Assembly (NCBI GenBank): GCA_963708135.1
Contig: OY970192.1
Location: 3,744,001 to 3,808,000 of the forward strand
Source of the DNA: an uncultured Gemmatimonadales bacterium
GTDB lineage: Bacteria; Gemmatimonadota; Gemmatimonadetes; Longimicrobiales; RSA9
DNA length: 64,000 nt
Direction of reading: 5' to 3'
The notes below the pieces were generated by a model. That model saw only the letters and a list, made by a program, of their open reading frames with translations, was not told where the DNA came from and did not search any database. This document shows positions 22,260-30,775 of the stretch, piece by piece. The position numbers were made by a program, and so were the translations under genes. Position 1 is the stretch's first letter. Every line of letters starts with the position of its first letter.

Positions 22260-23219
22260 ATGCGGATCTTCGTCACGGGCGCCACGGGCGTGATCGGCCG
22301 GCGGGCGGTGCCGCTGCTCGCGGCCGCCGGCCACGAGGTCACCGGCGTCGCGCGCAGCGCGGAGAAGGTGGCGTCGCTCGGGGCCTCGGGCGCGCGCGCC
22401 GTCGCCATCGACCTGCTCGACGGCGAGGCCGTCCGCCGGGCCGTGGACGGCCACGACGCGGTCGTCAACCTGGCCACCCACATGCCCTCGTCCAGCTTCC
22501 GGATGGCCCTGCCCTGGGAGTGGCGGGAGAACGATCGGCTGCGGCGGGACGCCTCGGCCATCCTGGGCGATGCCGCGCTCGAGGCGGGCGCCGGCCGCTT
22601 CGTGCAGGAGTCGTTCGCCCCGGTGTACCCTGACTCCGGGGAGGGCTGGGTGGACGAGAGCGTGCCGATCCGGCCCTCACGCTACAATGCGACGGTGGCG
22701 GACGCCGAGCGCTCTGCGGCGCGCTTCAGCGAGGCCGGCGGCGCGGGCGTCGTGCTGCGCTTCTCCTTCTTCTACGGTCCGGACTCCGCGCTCGTGCGCG
22801 ACCTCGTGAAGCTGGCGCGGAAGGGGTGGGCCGGGATCCCCGGCCGGGCCGAGGCGTTCACCTCCTCGGTGAGCCACGACGACGCGGCGGCCGCGGTGCT
22901 CGCCGCGCTCAATGTGCCGGCCGGCGCCTACAACGTCACAGACGACGAGCCGCTCCGGCGCCAGGAGTACTTCGGCGCGCTCGCCGCCGCGCTCGGCGTG
23001 CGCCCGCTCCGCCTGCTGCCGTCGTGGATGAACCGGCTCATGGGCGTGACGGGCGAGATGCTGGACCGGTCGTTGCGGATCTCGAACCGCAAGCTGCGCG
23101 AGGCGTCCGGCTGGGCGCCGAAGTACCCGAGCATGCGCGAGGGGTGGGCAGCAACGGTGGCGGAGCTCGCGATCGAGCCCCGAACGGCCGGCGGGGTGAG
23201 GGACGAGCGCAGCGCCTGA
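22260..23219 (+). CDS. NAD-dependent epimerase/dehydratase (atypical SDR)
   Basis: MRIFVTGATGVIG, DAVVNLAT, VVLRFSFFYGP, YNVTDDEP; GGAGG RBS. Confidence 0.9.
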   Translation: MRIFVTGATGVIGRRAVPLLAAAGHEVTGVARSAEKVASLGASGARAVAIDLLDGEAVRRAVDGHDAVVNLATHMPSSSFRMALPWEWRENDRLRRDASAILGDAALEAGAGRFVQESFAPVYPDSGEGWVDESVPIRPSRYNATVADAERSAARFSEAGGAGVVLRFSFFYGPDSALVRDLVKLARKGWAGIPGRAEAFTSSVSHDDAAAAVLAALNVPAGAYNVTDDEPLRRQEYFGALAAALGVRPLRLLPSWMNRLMGVTGEMLDRSLRISNRKLREASGWAPKYPSMREGWAATVAELAIEPRTAGGVRDERSA

Positions 23220-23227
23220 ATCCGGAT

Positions 23228-23803
23228 CTATCTCCCGCCGGGCGCCCTGGCGTAGATCTCCCCGAGACGCAGGCTGCACCCGACCGACTCGAGCTCGACC
23301 TCGTCCTCGAGATCGCGAAACTCGGTCAGGAGCCACTCTCGTTCGCCCTGCCGCCGGTAGCGCTCCACGCGCAGCGCGTCCTGCGCGATGAGCAGATACT
23401 CGCCGAGTGACACCAGGCGACGATACTGCTCCGCCTTCCGGCCCCGGTCATACGCTTCCGTGGACGCCGAGAGCACCTCGACGAGGAGCGCGGGATCGAC
23501 CAGGGTGTCCAGGTGCCGATCCTCGAAGTGGGGTTCCCCGCAGACGACGGCCACATCGGGGTACGTATAAAGTCCCGTCGAGCTCACCTTGACGCGCATG
23601 TCGCCGCCGAAGATCTCGCACGGGCGATGCCCCAGCTCCCGGTAGAGGGCGCCGATCAGAGCGATCACGATCCTGTTGTGGTCGCGGCTCGCTCCCGCCA
23701 GCGCGAACACCTCGCCCGCGTAGTACTCGCTCTTCGTCTCCGCCCGCCTCTCCGCCGCGAGATATTCCTCGGGCGTGACGCGCGGCCTCGGCTGGGTGGA
23801 CAT
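23228..23803 (-). CDS. Uma2 (DUF820) family putative endonuclease
   Basis: TPEEYLAAER...KSEYYAGEVFALAGAS..HNRI, YTYPDV, LVEVLSASTEAYDRGRK. Confidence 0.9.
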   Translation of the reverse strand: MSTQPRPRVTPEEYLAAERRAETKSEYYAGEVFALAGASRDHNRIVIALIGALYRELGHRPCEIFGGDMRVKVSSTGLYTYPDVAVVCGEPHFEDRHLDTLVDPALLVEVLSASTEAYDRGRKAEQYRRLVSLGEYLLIAQDALRVERYRRQGEREWLLTEFRDLEDEVELESVGCSLRLGEIYARAPGGR

Positions 23804-23991
23804 CGGGCCGTTCCCGCTGGAATCCGTCGGCATGCTGGGCGCTCGGGTCCGAGGATGCATGGTCGGCCGGGGCGAAGGAATGGCCGGGCGGGTCGCTCCC
23901 GTAAGATACCCGCCGGTGCGGCCACGGAACAACGGCGGATCAGAGGCGGGGCCCGCGCCCGCCTCGTCTGATAGCGGCGGCGCCGGCCGGG

Positions 23992-24978
23992 CTAGACCCC
24001 CGACGTTTCGATGCCGCGCGCGATCTCCTCGAGGTCCGCGTCGCTCAGCTCGAGCGTGGCCGCGTCGATCCAGCCGTCCACCTGCTCGGGCGAGCGGGCG
24101 CCGACGATCGCGCCGGTCACGCCCGGCCAGGCCAGCGTCCACGCCACCGCCACCGCGCCGGTGGTGGTGCCGTGGCGGTCCGCGACGGGGAGCAGCATGT
24201 CGCGCAGCGCGAGGCTCTTGTCGATGGCGGGCGGCTGGAACCGGGGCGAGCGCCTGCGCCAGTCGTCGGCGGCGAGCTGCGCCAGCCGCTCGAGGGTCCA
24301 CCTCTCCGTCAGCAACCCGGACTGCATCGGGCTGTAGACGATGACGCCCGTCCCGTGCGCGGCCGCCCACGCGATGACGGTGCCGGAGGCCTCGCGGCGC
24401 AGAAGCGAGAACGGCGGCTGGAGCGAGTCCACGTGGCGCACCGCCTCGCAGCGCTCGAGGAGCGGCAGGTCGAAGTTCGAGACGCCGATCCAGCGCACCT
24501 TCCCCTCGTCGACCAGCCGCGCCATCTCGCCCCACGAGTCCTCCACCGGCACGCCGCTATCGTCCGGCCAGTGGAACTGGTAGAGGTCGATGCGGTCCAC
24601 GCCGAGCCGGCGCAGCGACGCGTCGCACTCGCGCCGGATCGAGACCGGGTCCAGGACCTGCCGCGCCGGCGCCATGCGGTCCGCCTCGTCCCAGACCATC
24701 CCGCACTTCGTGAAGACCAGCGGGCGGGAGGACGCGGGCAGCTCACGCAGGAACCGGCCGATCACCTCCTCCGAGTGGCCCAGCCCGTACACCGCGGCGG
24801 TGTCGATCCAGGACACACCCGCCTCCACCGCGTGCCGCATGGCGGCAAGCGACGCCGCGTCATCCTGCGGACCCCAGCCCGCGGCCCAGCCGCCTCCGCC
24901 GATCGCCCAGGAGCCGAAGCCGACCCGCGTGATCTCCGGACCCGCCCGCCCCAGCCGGCGCGTGGGTAGCTGCGCCAT
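23992..24978 (-). CDS. Aldo/keto reductase
   Basis: GFGSWAIGG, IDTAAVYGLGHSE, TKCG, IDLYQFHWPD, IGVSNF, YSPMQSGLL. Confidence 0.93.
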   Translation of the reverse strand: MAQLPTRRLGRAGPEITRVGFGSWAIGGGGWAAGWGPQDDAASLAAMRHAVEAGVSWIDTAAVYGLGHSEEVIGRFLRELPASSRPLVFTKCGMVWDEADRMAPARQVLDPVSIRRECDASLRRLGVDRIDLYQFHWPDDSGVPVEDSWGEMARLVDEGKVRWIGVSNFDLPLLERCEAVRHVDSLQPPFSLLRREASGTVIAWAAAHGTGVIVYSPMQSGLLTERWTLERLAQLAADDWRRRSPRFQPPAIDKSLALRDMLLPVADRHGTTTGAVAVAWTLAWPGVTGAIVGARSPEQVDGWIDAATLELSDADLEEIARGIETSGV

Positions 24979-25020
24979 CGTGTCGCTCCTTCCGTCTCGA
25001 GTCGTCCGGCCTCGCCGCCA

Positions 25021-25049
25021 TTGACCTTGAGGCCGGAATCCTGTATTAT
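25021..25049 (+). promoter_or_regulatory. Sigma70-type promoter upstream of the cold-shock gene
   Basis: TTGACC-N17-TATTAT, about 200 nt upstream of the ATG. Confidence 0.7.
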
Positions 25050-25094
25050 AGTTGCTGCGAGAGAAGACGGGATCAGCGATTCCGTGCCCAGTGC

Positions 25095-25131
25095 GAGGAC
25101 CTGGAGCTTGCTTCCGGGTCCTCTTCTTTTT
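25095..25131 (+). terminator. Terminator-like hairpin plus U-tract inside the csp leader
   Basis: GAGGACCTGGA-GCTTGCT-TCCGGGTCCTC followed by TTCTTTTT. Confidence 0.6.
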
Positions 25132-25250
25132 GCGCTGGCCTGCTCGCAAACGCCCGGTGCGGGGGGTGATCATGCCCGCAGAGACCGACGGTCGGTGAGT
25201 ACGGAGATACCGCACCACGACAGTCAGGACAACACACAGGGGAGTACGGT

Positions 25251-25460
25251 ATGCGTACCACCGGAACCGTGAAGTGGTTCAACGACGCCAAGGGCTTCGG
25301 ATTCATCACGCCGGAGAACGGGCAGAAGGACTGCTTCGTCCACCACTCCGCCATCCAGGGCAGCGGCTTCAAGTCGCTGGCCGAGGGCGATCACGTCGAG
25401 TTCGACGTCGTGCAGGGTCAGAAGGGCCCCGCGGCCGAGAACGTCGTCCGCGTCAGCTGA
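25251..25460 (+). CDS. Cold-shock protein (CspA family)
   Basis: [15 protein letters not shown] (RNP1), CFVHHSAI (RNP2), [19 protein letters not shown]. Confidence 0.97.
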   Translation: MRTTGTVKWFNDAKGFGFITPENGQKDCFVHHSAIQGSGFKSLAEGDHVEFDVVQGQKGPAAENVVRVS

Positions 25461-25546
25461 ACCGACCGACGGACCCGTTCCGGTGACGCCGGGACGGGAC
25501 GCGCCGACGGCGTACCCATGCGTGGGCTGACGCTATCGGGGTGGAC

Positions 25547-25577
25547 AGAGCGGGGCCGGGATTCCCGGCCCCGCTCT
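25547..25577. terminator. Hairpin between convergent csp and tetR genes
   Basis: AGAGCGGGGCCGGG-ATT-CCCGGCCCCGCTCT, a perfect 14-bp stem. Confidence 0.7.
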
Positions 25578-25602
25578 CGTGCATCCGGGAGCGAAGCCGG
25601 CG

Positions 25603-26211
25603 CTAAGGCACCGGCGCGAGACTCCCGAACAGCCCCTGCACCGCGCCGAGGTACTCCTCCATCGCGAAATGATCCGGATCGACGGAGGCCTGTACCGCGC
25701 ACTCGTGGATCAGCCCGACCGTGACCGCCGCGAGCCCCTCGGCCGTCACGTGCGCGAACGCCGCTGGCTCCGCCGCGAGCACCGCCTCCGCCGTGGCCCC
25801 GAACCCTGCCCGATAGCGTGCCAGCCGCGCACCGACCTTCCGGCGCATCGCCGGATCACGCGCCCCCAGCGCCCAGCACTCCAGCAGCAGCCGGATCCGG
25901 TCCGGCTCGGCCGCCAGCCGCTCCATCTCCCGCCGCATCAGCAGCCGCAGCCGCTCCAGTGGCCGTGCCCGCGCGGCGATCTCCGCCGGAATCTCCAGCA
26001 CCAGCGTCGCCGACAGCACCGACTCCAGCAGCGCCTCGACGAGCTGTGCCCGCCGCTTGAAGTGAAACAGCACCAGCCCGTGGCTGACCTTCGCCTCCGT
26101 CGCCACCGCTCGCACCGTCAGGCCCGCGATCCCCGCCTGCCTCGCCACCCGCCGGGCGGCCGCCAGGATCTGCTCGCGCCGCTCCTCCTCACCCGCCTTG
26201 CGCCCCGGCAT
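25603..26211 (-). CDS. TetR-family regulator (BetI-like)
   Basis: RREQILAAA...GLTVRAVATEAKVSHGLVLFHF HTH; helical C-terminal domain. Confidence 0.9.
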   Translation of the reverse strand: MPGRKAGEEERREQILAAARRVARQAGIAGLTVRAVATEAKVSHGLVLFHFKRRAQLVEALLESVLSATLVLEIPAEIAARARPLERLRLLMRREMERLAAEPDRIRLLLECWALGARDPAMRRKVGARLARYRAGFGATAEAVLAAEPAAFAHVTAEGLAAVTVGLIHECAVQASVDPDHFAMEEYLGAVQGLFGSLAPVP

Positions 26212-26234
26212 CCGCCTGCCTCCGCGCGTCTCGG

Positions 26235-26284
26235 TATTGACCAAACGTTCAATAAAAGTTAGGTTTAGGCTTCCGATCGGTCAA
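26235..26284 (-). promoter_or_regulatory. tetR promoter with overlapping palindromic operator
   Basis: Minus-strand TTGACC (26284-26279)-N17-TAACTT (26261-26256); palindrome TATTGA-N8-TCAATA at 26235-26254. Confidence 0.7.
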
Positions 26285-26463
26285 CCACGATACGCCGACA
26301 CGCGGGGATGGAGAGCCCCGTGAGGCGCCGCTCCCCGGGTACGGGACGGCAGCCTGGATCGGCCCGCGAGGGAACGGTTCCCGCGCGGCACGAGCGCGGC
26401 TTCGCCGGTGGGGGGCAGCTCCCCCGCGGACCCGGAGTCGTCCTGAACTGAGGGAGACAACCC

Positions 26464-26871
26464 ATGGCATCCAGCGAGAATTCCGCCCGGTTGCGCCACC
26501 TTGCGCGCGCGTTCCGAGCCATCGCGTCGAGCACGCCGGACATGAAGGTGGACGGCCCGGCGCGGCGTGCGGTTCGCTCGGCGCCGGCTAGGCCGCGCCC
26601 GGTGTTCCGGGTGCGACTCCGGAGCGCGACGGGGGGTGCCCGGGCCCGGATGTACGTGCATTCGGGAGGGGCGCTGCTGGAGGCCCGTTCGGGCGCGAGC
26701 CCGGAGGGCGAGGAGCGGAAGGCGGCGAGCGACCGGCTGGGGATCGACCTGGGCCGCGACTACTCGCTGGACAGCACGACGTTCCACGACGCGGGCGAGA
26801 TGGCGGCCGTGCTGCTGAAGCGGATGGAGCGGCAGCTCGAGGCGGTCAGCGAGCCCGGCGCATCGGCATGA
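26464..26871 (+). CDS. Hypothetical protein
   Basis: GGGAG RBS, coding-like codon usage, ATGA overlap with the next ORF; no family recognised. Confidence 0.6.
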   Translation: MASSENSARLRHLARAFRAIASSTPDMKVDGPARRAVRSAPARPRPVFRVRLRSATGGARARMYVHSGGALLEARSGASPEGEERKAASDRLGIDLGRDYSLDSTTFHDAGEMAAVLLKRMERQLEAVSEPGASA

Positions 26872-27227
26872 GCTCCGACGGGCAGGTCGGGGAGAGTGCG
26901 GCCGAGGTCCCCGACGTGACGATGGACGACCTCGCCTCGCCCCCCGCCCAGCGCCTCTACGCGTTCCGCGGGCACCCGGCCGTGGCCGTTCCGGAAGCAC
27001 TGAAGATCGACAGGATGGCGCACCCCGACTGGCAGACGGGAGCGGAGCGCATTCCGACGGTGGGGGAGGAAGTCTTCTGCACCGAGGGGACGGCGAGCGT
27101 TTCCCGCGTGCTCGGGAAGACGGGCAATGGAAGCCGCCTTCTCGAGCTCCGGCTGGAGGGGACCGAGCACCGGACCTTCTTCGCGGCCGCCTCGAACGTG
27201 CTGGTGGCGCCGCAGCCGCAAGCCTGA
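26868..27227 (+). CDS. Hypothetical protein
   Basis: Translationally coupled to the previous ORF; globular-looking C-terminal ~60 aa. Confidence 0.65.
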   Translation: MSSDGQVGESAAEVPDVTMDDLASPPAQRLYAFRGHPAVAVPEALKIDRMAHPDWQTGAERIPTVGEEVFCTEGTASVSRVLGKTGNGSRLLELRLEGTEHRTFFAAASNVLVAPQPQA

Positions 27228-27273
27228 GCCGGGCCGCCCACCGGCCGGGTAGTGGGGGAGTGGGCGCCAGCCT

Positions 27274-27792
27274 TCACTCCTCCGCCCAGCGGCGGTAGTC
27301 CCCCGCGAAGTAGAGCAGAGGCGACGCCTCGCTTCCGATCTCCACCCGTTCCACCTCGGCCACCACCAGCCGATGGTCCCCGGCCGGGTGGGTCTGGCGC
27401 GCGACGCACACCAGCGCCGCCGCGGCGCCCCGCAGCACGGGGTCGCCCTCCGAGAACTCGCCTCCGCCCACGGCGTAGGTGTCCGCGAAGGCGTTCGCCG
27501 CCCGCTTCTGCCCTCCGGCGAGCACGTTCACCACGAAGCGGCCGCGGTCCGCGATCGCCGCCAGGATCGGGGCCTGCTCGCCGAGCGAGACGCCGACCAG
27601 CGGCGGATCGAGGCAGAACGGCACGAACGCGGTCACCGTGATCCCGTACAGCCGCCCGGACTCGTCGCGCGCGGCCACCACGGCCACCCCGGTCGGCCAG
27701 CGCGAGAGCGCCTCGCGCAGCACGGCGGTCGCGGAATCGTCGGCGCCGTCGGCGCCGGAATGGATGCCGGGCAGGATCGGGCGTCGGGACAC
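27274..27792 (-). CDS. Flavin reductase-like protein
   Basis: LREALSRWPTGVAVV, GITVTAF, LDPPLV, AGDHRLVVAEV, PLLYFAGDY; GGAGG before GTG. Confidence 0.9.
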   Translation of the reverse strand: MSRRPILPGIHSGADGADDSATAVLREALSRWPTGVAVVAARDESGRLYGITVTAFVPFCLDPPLVGVSLGEQAPILAAIADRGRFVVNVLAGGQKRAANAFADTYAVGGGEFSEGDPVLRGAAAALVCVARQTHPAGDHRLVVAEVERVEIGSEASPLLYFAGDYRRWAEE

Positions 27793-28110
27793 GGGGCGCC
27801 TCCGGAAGTTCGGGATCCCGGTAACTTCGCCGGCGCGGCGTCGCCTGCAAGCCCTCTGGTCCGGGGCGCGCGCCCGCTGCCCGGACCAGCGGGCGCGTTG
27901 TCGGGGCGAGCAGGTCCGGAATCCCCGGAAAGGGGTGAAAACCCGGCCGCGAGGCACGAACTGCTTGCGCGGACGGCCGTGCCCGGACATGGTGGGGCGT
28001 TCCAGTCAACATCTTCGGATCCGTTGTGCGGTGCACTCGCGTTTCTGCGCCCGAAGCTCCGGGCGTCGCGGGCGGCCATCCGGCCGCCACTCTCTTCCCC
28101 TGGAGGCGAC

Positions 28111-28908
28111 ATGTTTCGAACGAAGGCCGCAGTTGCCACCGCCGTTCTGATGACCGTGCTGTGCGGGTGCGCGAACGAGACGCCGGTGGTGGACGTCTCG
28201 GGCGACTGCGCCGACGTGTTCCAGGGCCAGACGTGCACGTGGGCGAAGGTACAGGGCCAGACGGTGATGGAGGTGGGCGCGGTGGTGCCGATCGCGAGCA
28301 TCGAGAACGCCCCTGCGACGGACGACGACATGTCGTGGCCGCCCCACCCGGCGGCGGTGCTGAACATCCCTGCGTCGGTACAGCAGGGGAGCGGGCTGAC
28401 GCAGTTCACGATGTACTGGGAGGCGGGCGGCCATCCGCCGGCGGCGTACATGAAGCCGCACTTCGACTTCCACTTCTACACGGTTCCCCAGGAGGAGCGC
28501 GCGGCGATCGACTGCAAGGACGTCTCGAAGCCGGCGGCCCTGCCGACGGGCTACGTGCTGGCGGACGTGCCGCTCCCGCCCGAGATGGCGAAGATGATCG
28601 GCACGGACACGCTGTTCGGGATCTGCGTGCCGCAGATGGGGATGCACGCGCTGCCGGCGGCGGAGGTGGATGGCTCGCAGCCGTTCAGCGGGGACATGGT
28701 GGTGGGCTACTGGCAGGGCAAGCCGATCTTCATCGAGCCAATGATCACGAAGGAGATGCTGATGGCGAAGCGCTCCTTCGAGCTGCGGATCCCGGCGGTG
28801 CCGGGGCTGGACGGCCCGCACCCGACGCACTTCCAGGCGGTGTGGGACGACGCGAGCCAGTCATACCGGTTCACCTTCTCCGGCTTCACCGGAGCGAGCG
28901 CGGCGTGA
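28111..28908 (+). CDS. Lipoprotein, probable DUF5602/TTHB210-like
   Basis: GGAGG RBS; LCGC lipobox; GHPP..YMKPHFDFHFY, VPQMGMH, IFIEPMIT. Confidence 0.7.
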   Translation: MFRTKAAVATAVLMTVLCGCANETPVVDVSGDCADVFQGQTCTWAKVQGQTVMEVGAVVPIASIENAPATDDDMSWPPHPAAVLNIPASVQQGSGLTQFTMYWEAGGHPPAAYMKPHFDFHFYTVPQEERAAIDCKDVSKPAALPTGYVLADVPLPPEMAKMIGTDTLFGICVPQMGMHALPAAEVDGSQPFSGDMVVGYWQGKPIFIEPMITKEMLMAKRSFELRIPAVPGLDGPHPTHFQAVWDDASQSYRFTFSGFTGASAA

Positions 28909-28914
28909 GCATGC

Positions 28915-28957
28915 GTGGGGCGACCGGCCCGGATCGGGGCCGGCCGCCCCACCTCTT
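28915..28957 (+). terminator. Probable terminator hairpin
   Basis: GTGGGGCGACCGGCCC...GGGCCGGCCGCCCCAC followed by CTCTT, just after the stop. Confidence 0.5.
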
Positions 28958-29135
28958 CCGCGTCCCACCCCCGCCGCACGTCACATCTTGAGGTCCATGC
29001 CCACGGTCAGGCCGGAAGCGCCGGGGGGCTCGCCGGACCGGCGGGCCCCCCATTGCCATTCGCGCCGGCGCGGGCGCATCTTGGCCCCTCGACCACGTTC
29101 CCTGTGATCGCTCCCCGCTGGAACCGGCGGCTGAC

Positions 29136-30647
29136 GTGACCGAACCCCTCCCGATGGAAGCTGCCCCCGAGGCGGCGCCCGCTGCCGCGACGGCGGAGGC
29201 TGCGCTTGCCCTGCCGAGCGCCGCCGCGGCCGCCGGCGCCACCGCACCCGCCGCCGTGCGTCGCTCGCGGTACGACCGCTCGCTCGTCGAGGGGCCGCTC
29301 CTGCCGGCGGTGTGGGCGCTGGCCTGGCCGACCATGCTGCAGAACATGATCGGCGGTCTGCAGGGGATCGTCGACCACGTGATGGTGGGACACTACGTCG
29401 GCTACACGGGCAACGCCGCGATCGGCGTGAGCTGGCAGATCTTTCTCGTGGTCATCGTCTTCATCTCCTCGCTGTTCACGGGGATGAGCGTGCTGGTGGC
29501 GCGCTTCGCCGGCGCGGGCGAGCACGAGAAGGTGGACCGCACGGTCTACCAGGCGTTCATCACGGCGACGGGGCTCTCGCTCCTCGTGCTCGCGCCGACC
29601 GGCTACTTCCTCGCCCCGAAGCTGCTCGACCTGGTGAACGCCGCGCCCGCCGTGCAGGCGCAGGCGCTCCCCTACCTGCGCATCATGTTCGTCTTCAGCG
29701 GCGGCATGATGGTCTTCTTCATGCTCGGCGGCGCGCTGCGCTCGGCCGGCGATGCGCGCACGCCGCTGCGCCTGGGGGTCGTGGTCACGGGGCTCAACGT
29801 GGTGCTGAACGTGATCCTGATCCGCGGCCTCGGCCCGATCCCGGCCTTCGGCACCGCGGGCGCAGCCATGGGCACGGTGACGGCGACGGGGAGCGTCGCC
29901 TTCTACGCCCTCTGGCGGCTCGTGCGCGGCGGCTGGGTGGTCTCGTTCCCGCGCGGCGGCCCGTGGCGGCCGGACCGCGGCATCATCCGCGAGCTGTTCC
30001 GCTTCGGGCTGCCGACGGGAATCCAGGGGATCGCCATGAACGTGGGCGGCGTGCTGCTGCTCTCCTTCGTCGGCTCGCTGGCCCAGAGCGCGGCCGCGCA
30101 GGCCGTCTACGCCGTCTCCTACACGCAGCTCTTCAGCTTCATCACGTGGACCTCGATCGGGCTCATGGGCGCCGCCGCGGCCGTGGCCGGGCAGAGCCTC
30201 GGGGCCGGGCTCCCCGACCGCTCCGACGCCGCCGTCCACGTGGCCGCCCGCATCGCCATCGGCACGGCCACGGTCGTGGGCCTGCTGTTCCTGCTGATCC
30301 CGCGCCAGCTGCTCGGCCTCTTCGGCCTGCACGAGCCGGCCGTCCTCCAGCTCGGCGTCCAGCTCCTCCACGTGCTCAGCATCTCCGGCCTCTTCATCGC
30401 CGTGGCGCTCACCTACACCGGCGGGCTCCAGGGCACCGGCGACACCAAGGGCCCGCTCTACATCTCGATCGTCTCGCAGCTCGTCCTGCCGCTCGGGCTC
30501 TGCTTCGTGCTCCAGCAGACGCGCGGGCTGCACCCGCTCGATATCTGGCTCGCCATCCTGCTCGGCCACATCACGCGCTGCACTCTCAGCGTGCTGCGCT
30601 TCCGCCAGGGCCGGTGGCGGACCATCGCGGTCCACATCGGCTCGTGA
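29136..30647 (+). CDS. MATE family efflux transporter
   Basis: SLVEGPL..LAWP, DHVMVG, LRSAGDARTP, NVVLNVILI, GLQGTGDT; many TM segments. Confidence 0.92.
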   Translation: MTEPLPMEAAPEAAPAAATAEAALALPSAAAAAGATAPAAVRRSRYDRSLVEGPLLPAVWALAWPTMLQNMIGGLQGIVDHVMVGHYVGYTGNAAIGVSWQIFLVVIVFISSLFTGMSVLVARFAGAGEHEKVDRTVYQAFITATGLSLLVLAPTGYFLAPKLLDLVNAAPAVQAQALPYLRIMFVFSGGMMVFFMLGGALRSAGDARTPLRLGVVVTGLNVVLNVILIRGLGPIPAFGTAGAAMGTVTATGSVAFYALWRLVRGGWVVSFPRGGPWRPDRGIIRELFRFGLPTGIQGIAMNVGGVLLLSFVGSLAQSAAAQAVYAVSYTQLFSFITWTSIGLMGAAAAVAGQSLGAGLPDRSDAAVHVAARIAIGTATVVGLLFLLIPRQLLGLFGLHEPAVLQLGVQLLHVLSISGLFIAVALTYTGGLQGTGDTKGPLYISIVSQLVLPLGLCFVLQQTRGLHPLDIWLAILLGHITRCTLSVLRFRQGRWRTIAVHIGS

Positions 30648-30775
30648 GGCCCACACCCCATCGAGGGGGCGGCCGCCCCACCCGTGCGGCGCACCGCGCC
30701 CGCTCCACGCCTCCGGCGCCGCTTCTCCTCGCGGCGACGCCGCGCCCCGCCTCGCCACCGGCGCAGGCCCCGCCT

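Noticed and set aside
23228..23803. Uma2 nuclease as part of the R-M defence islet
   Set aside because: Separated by a host-like SDR gene, has host-like composition, and Uma2 paralogs are commonly scattered.
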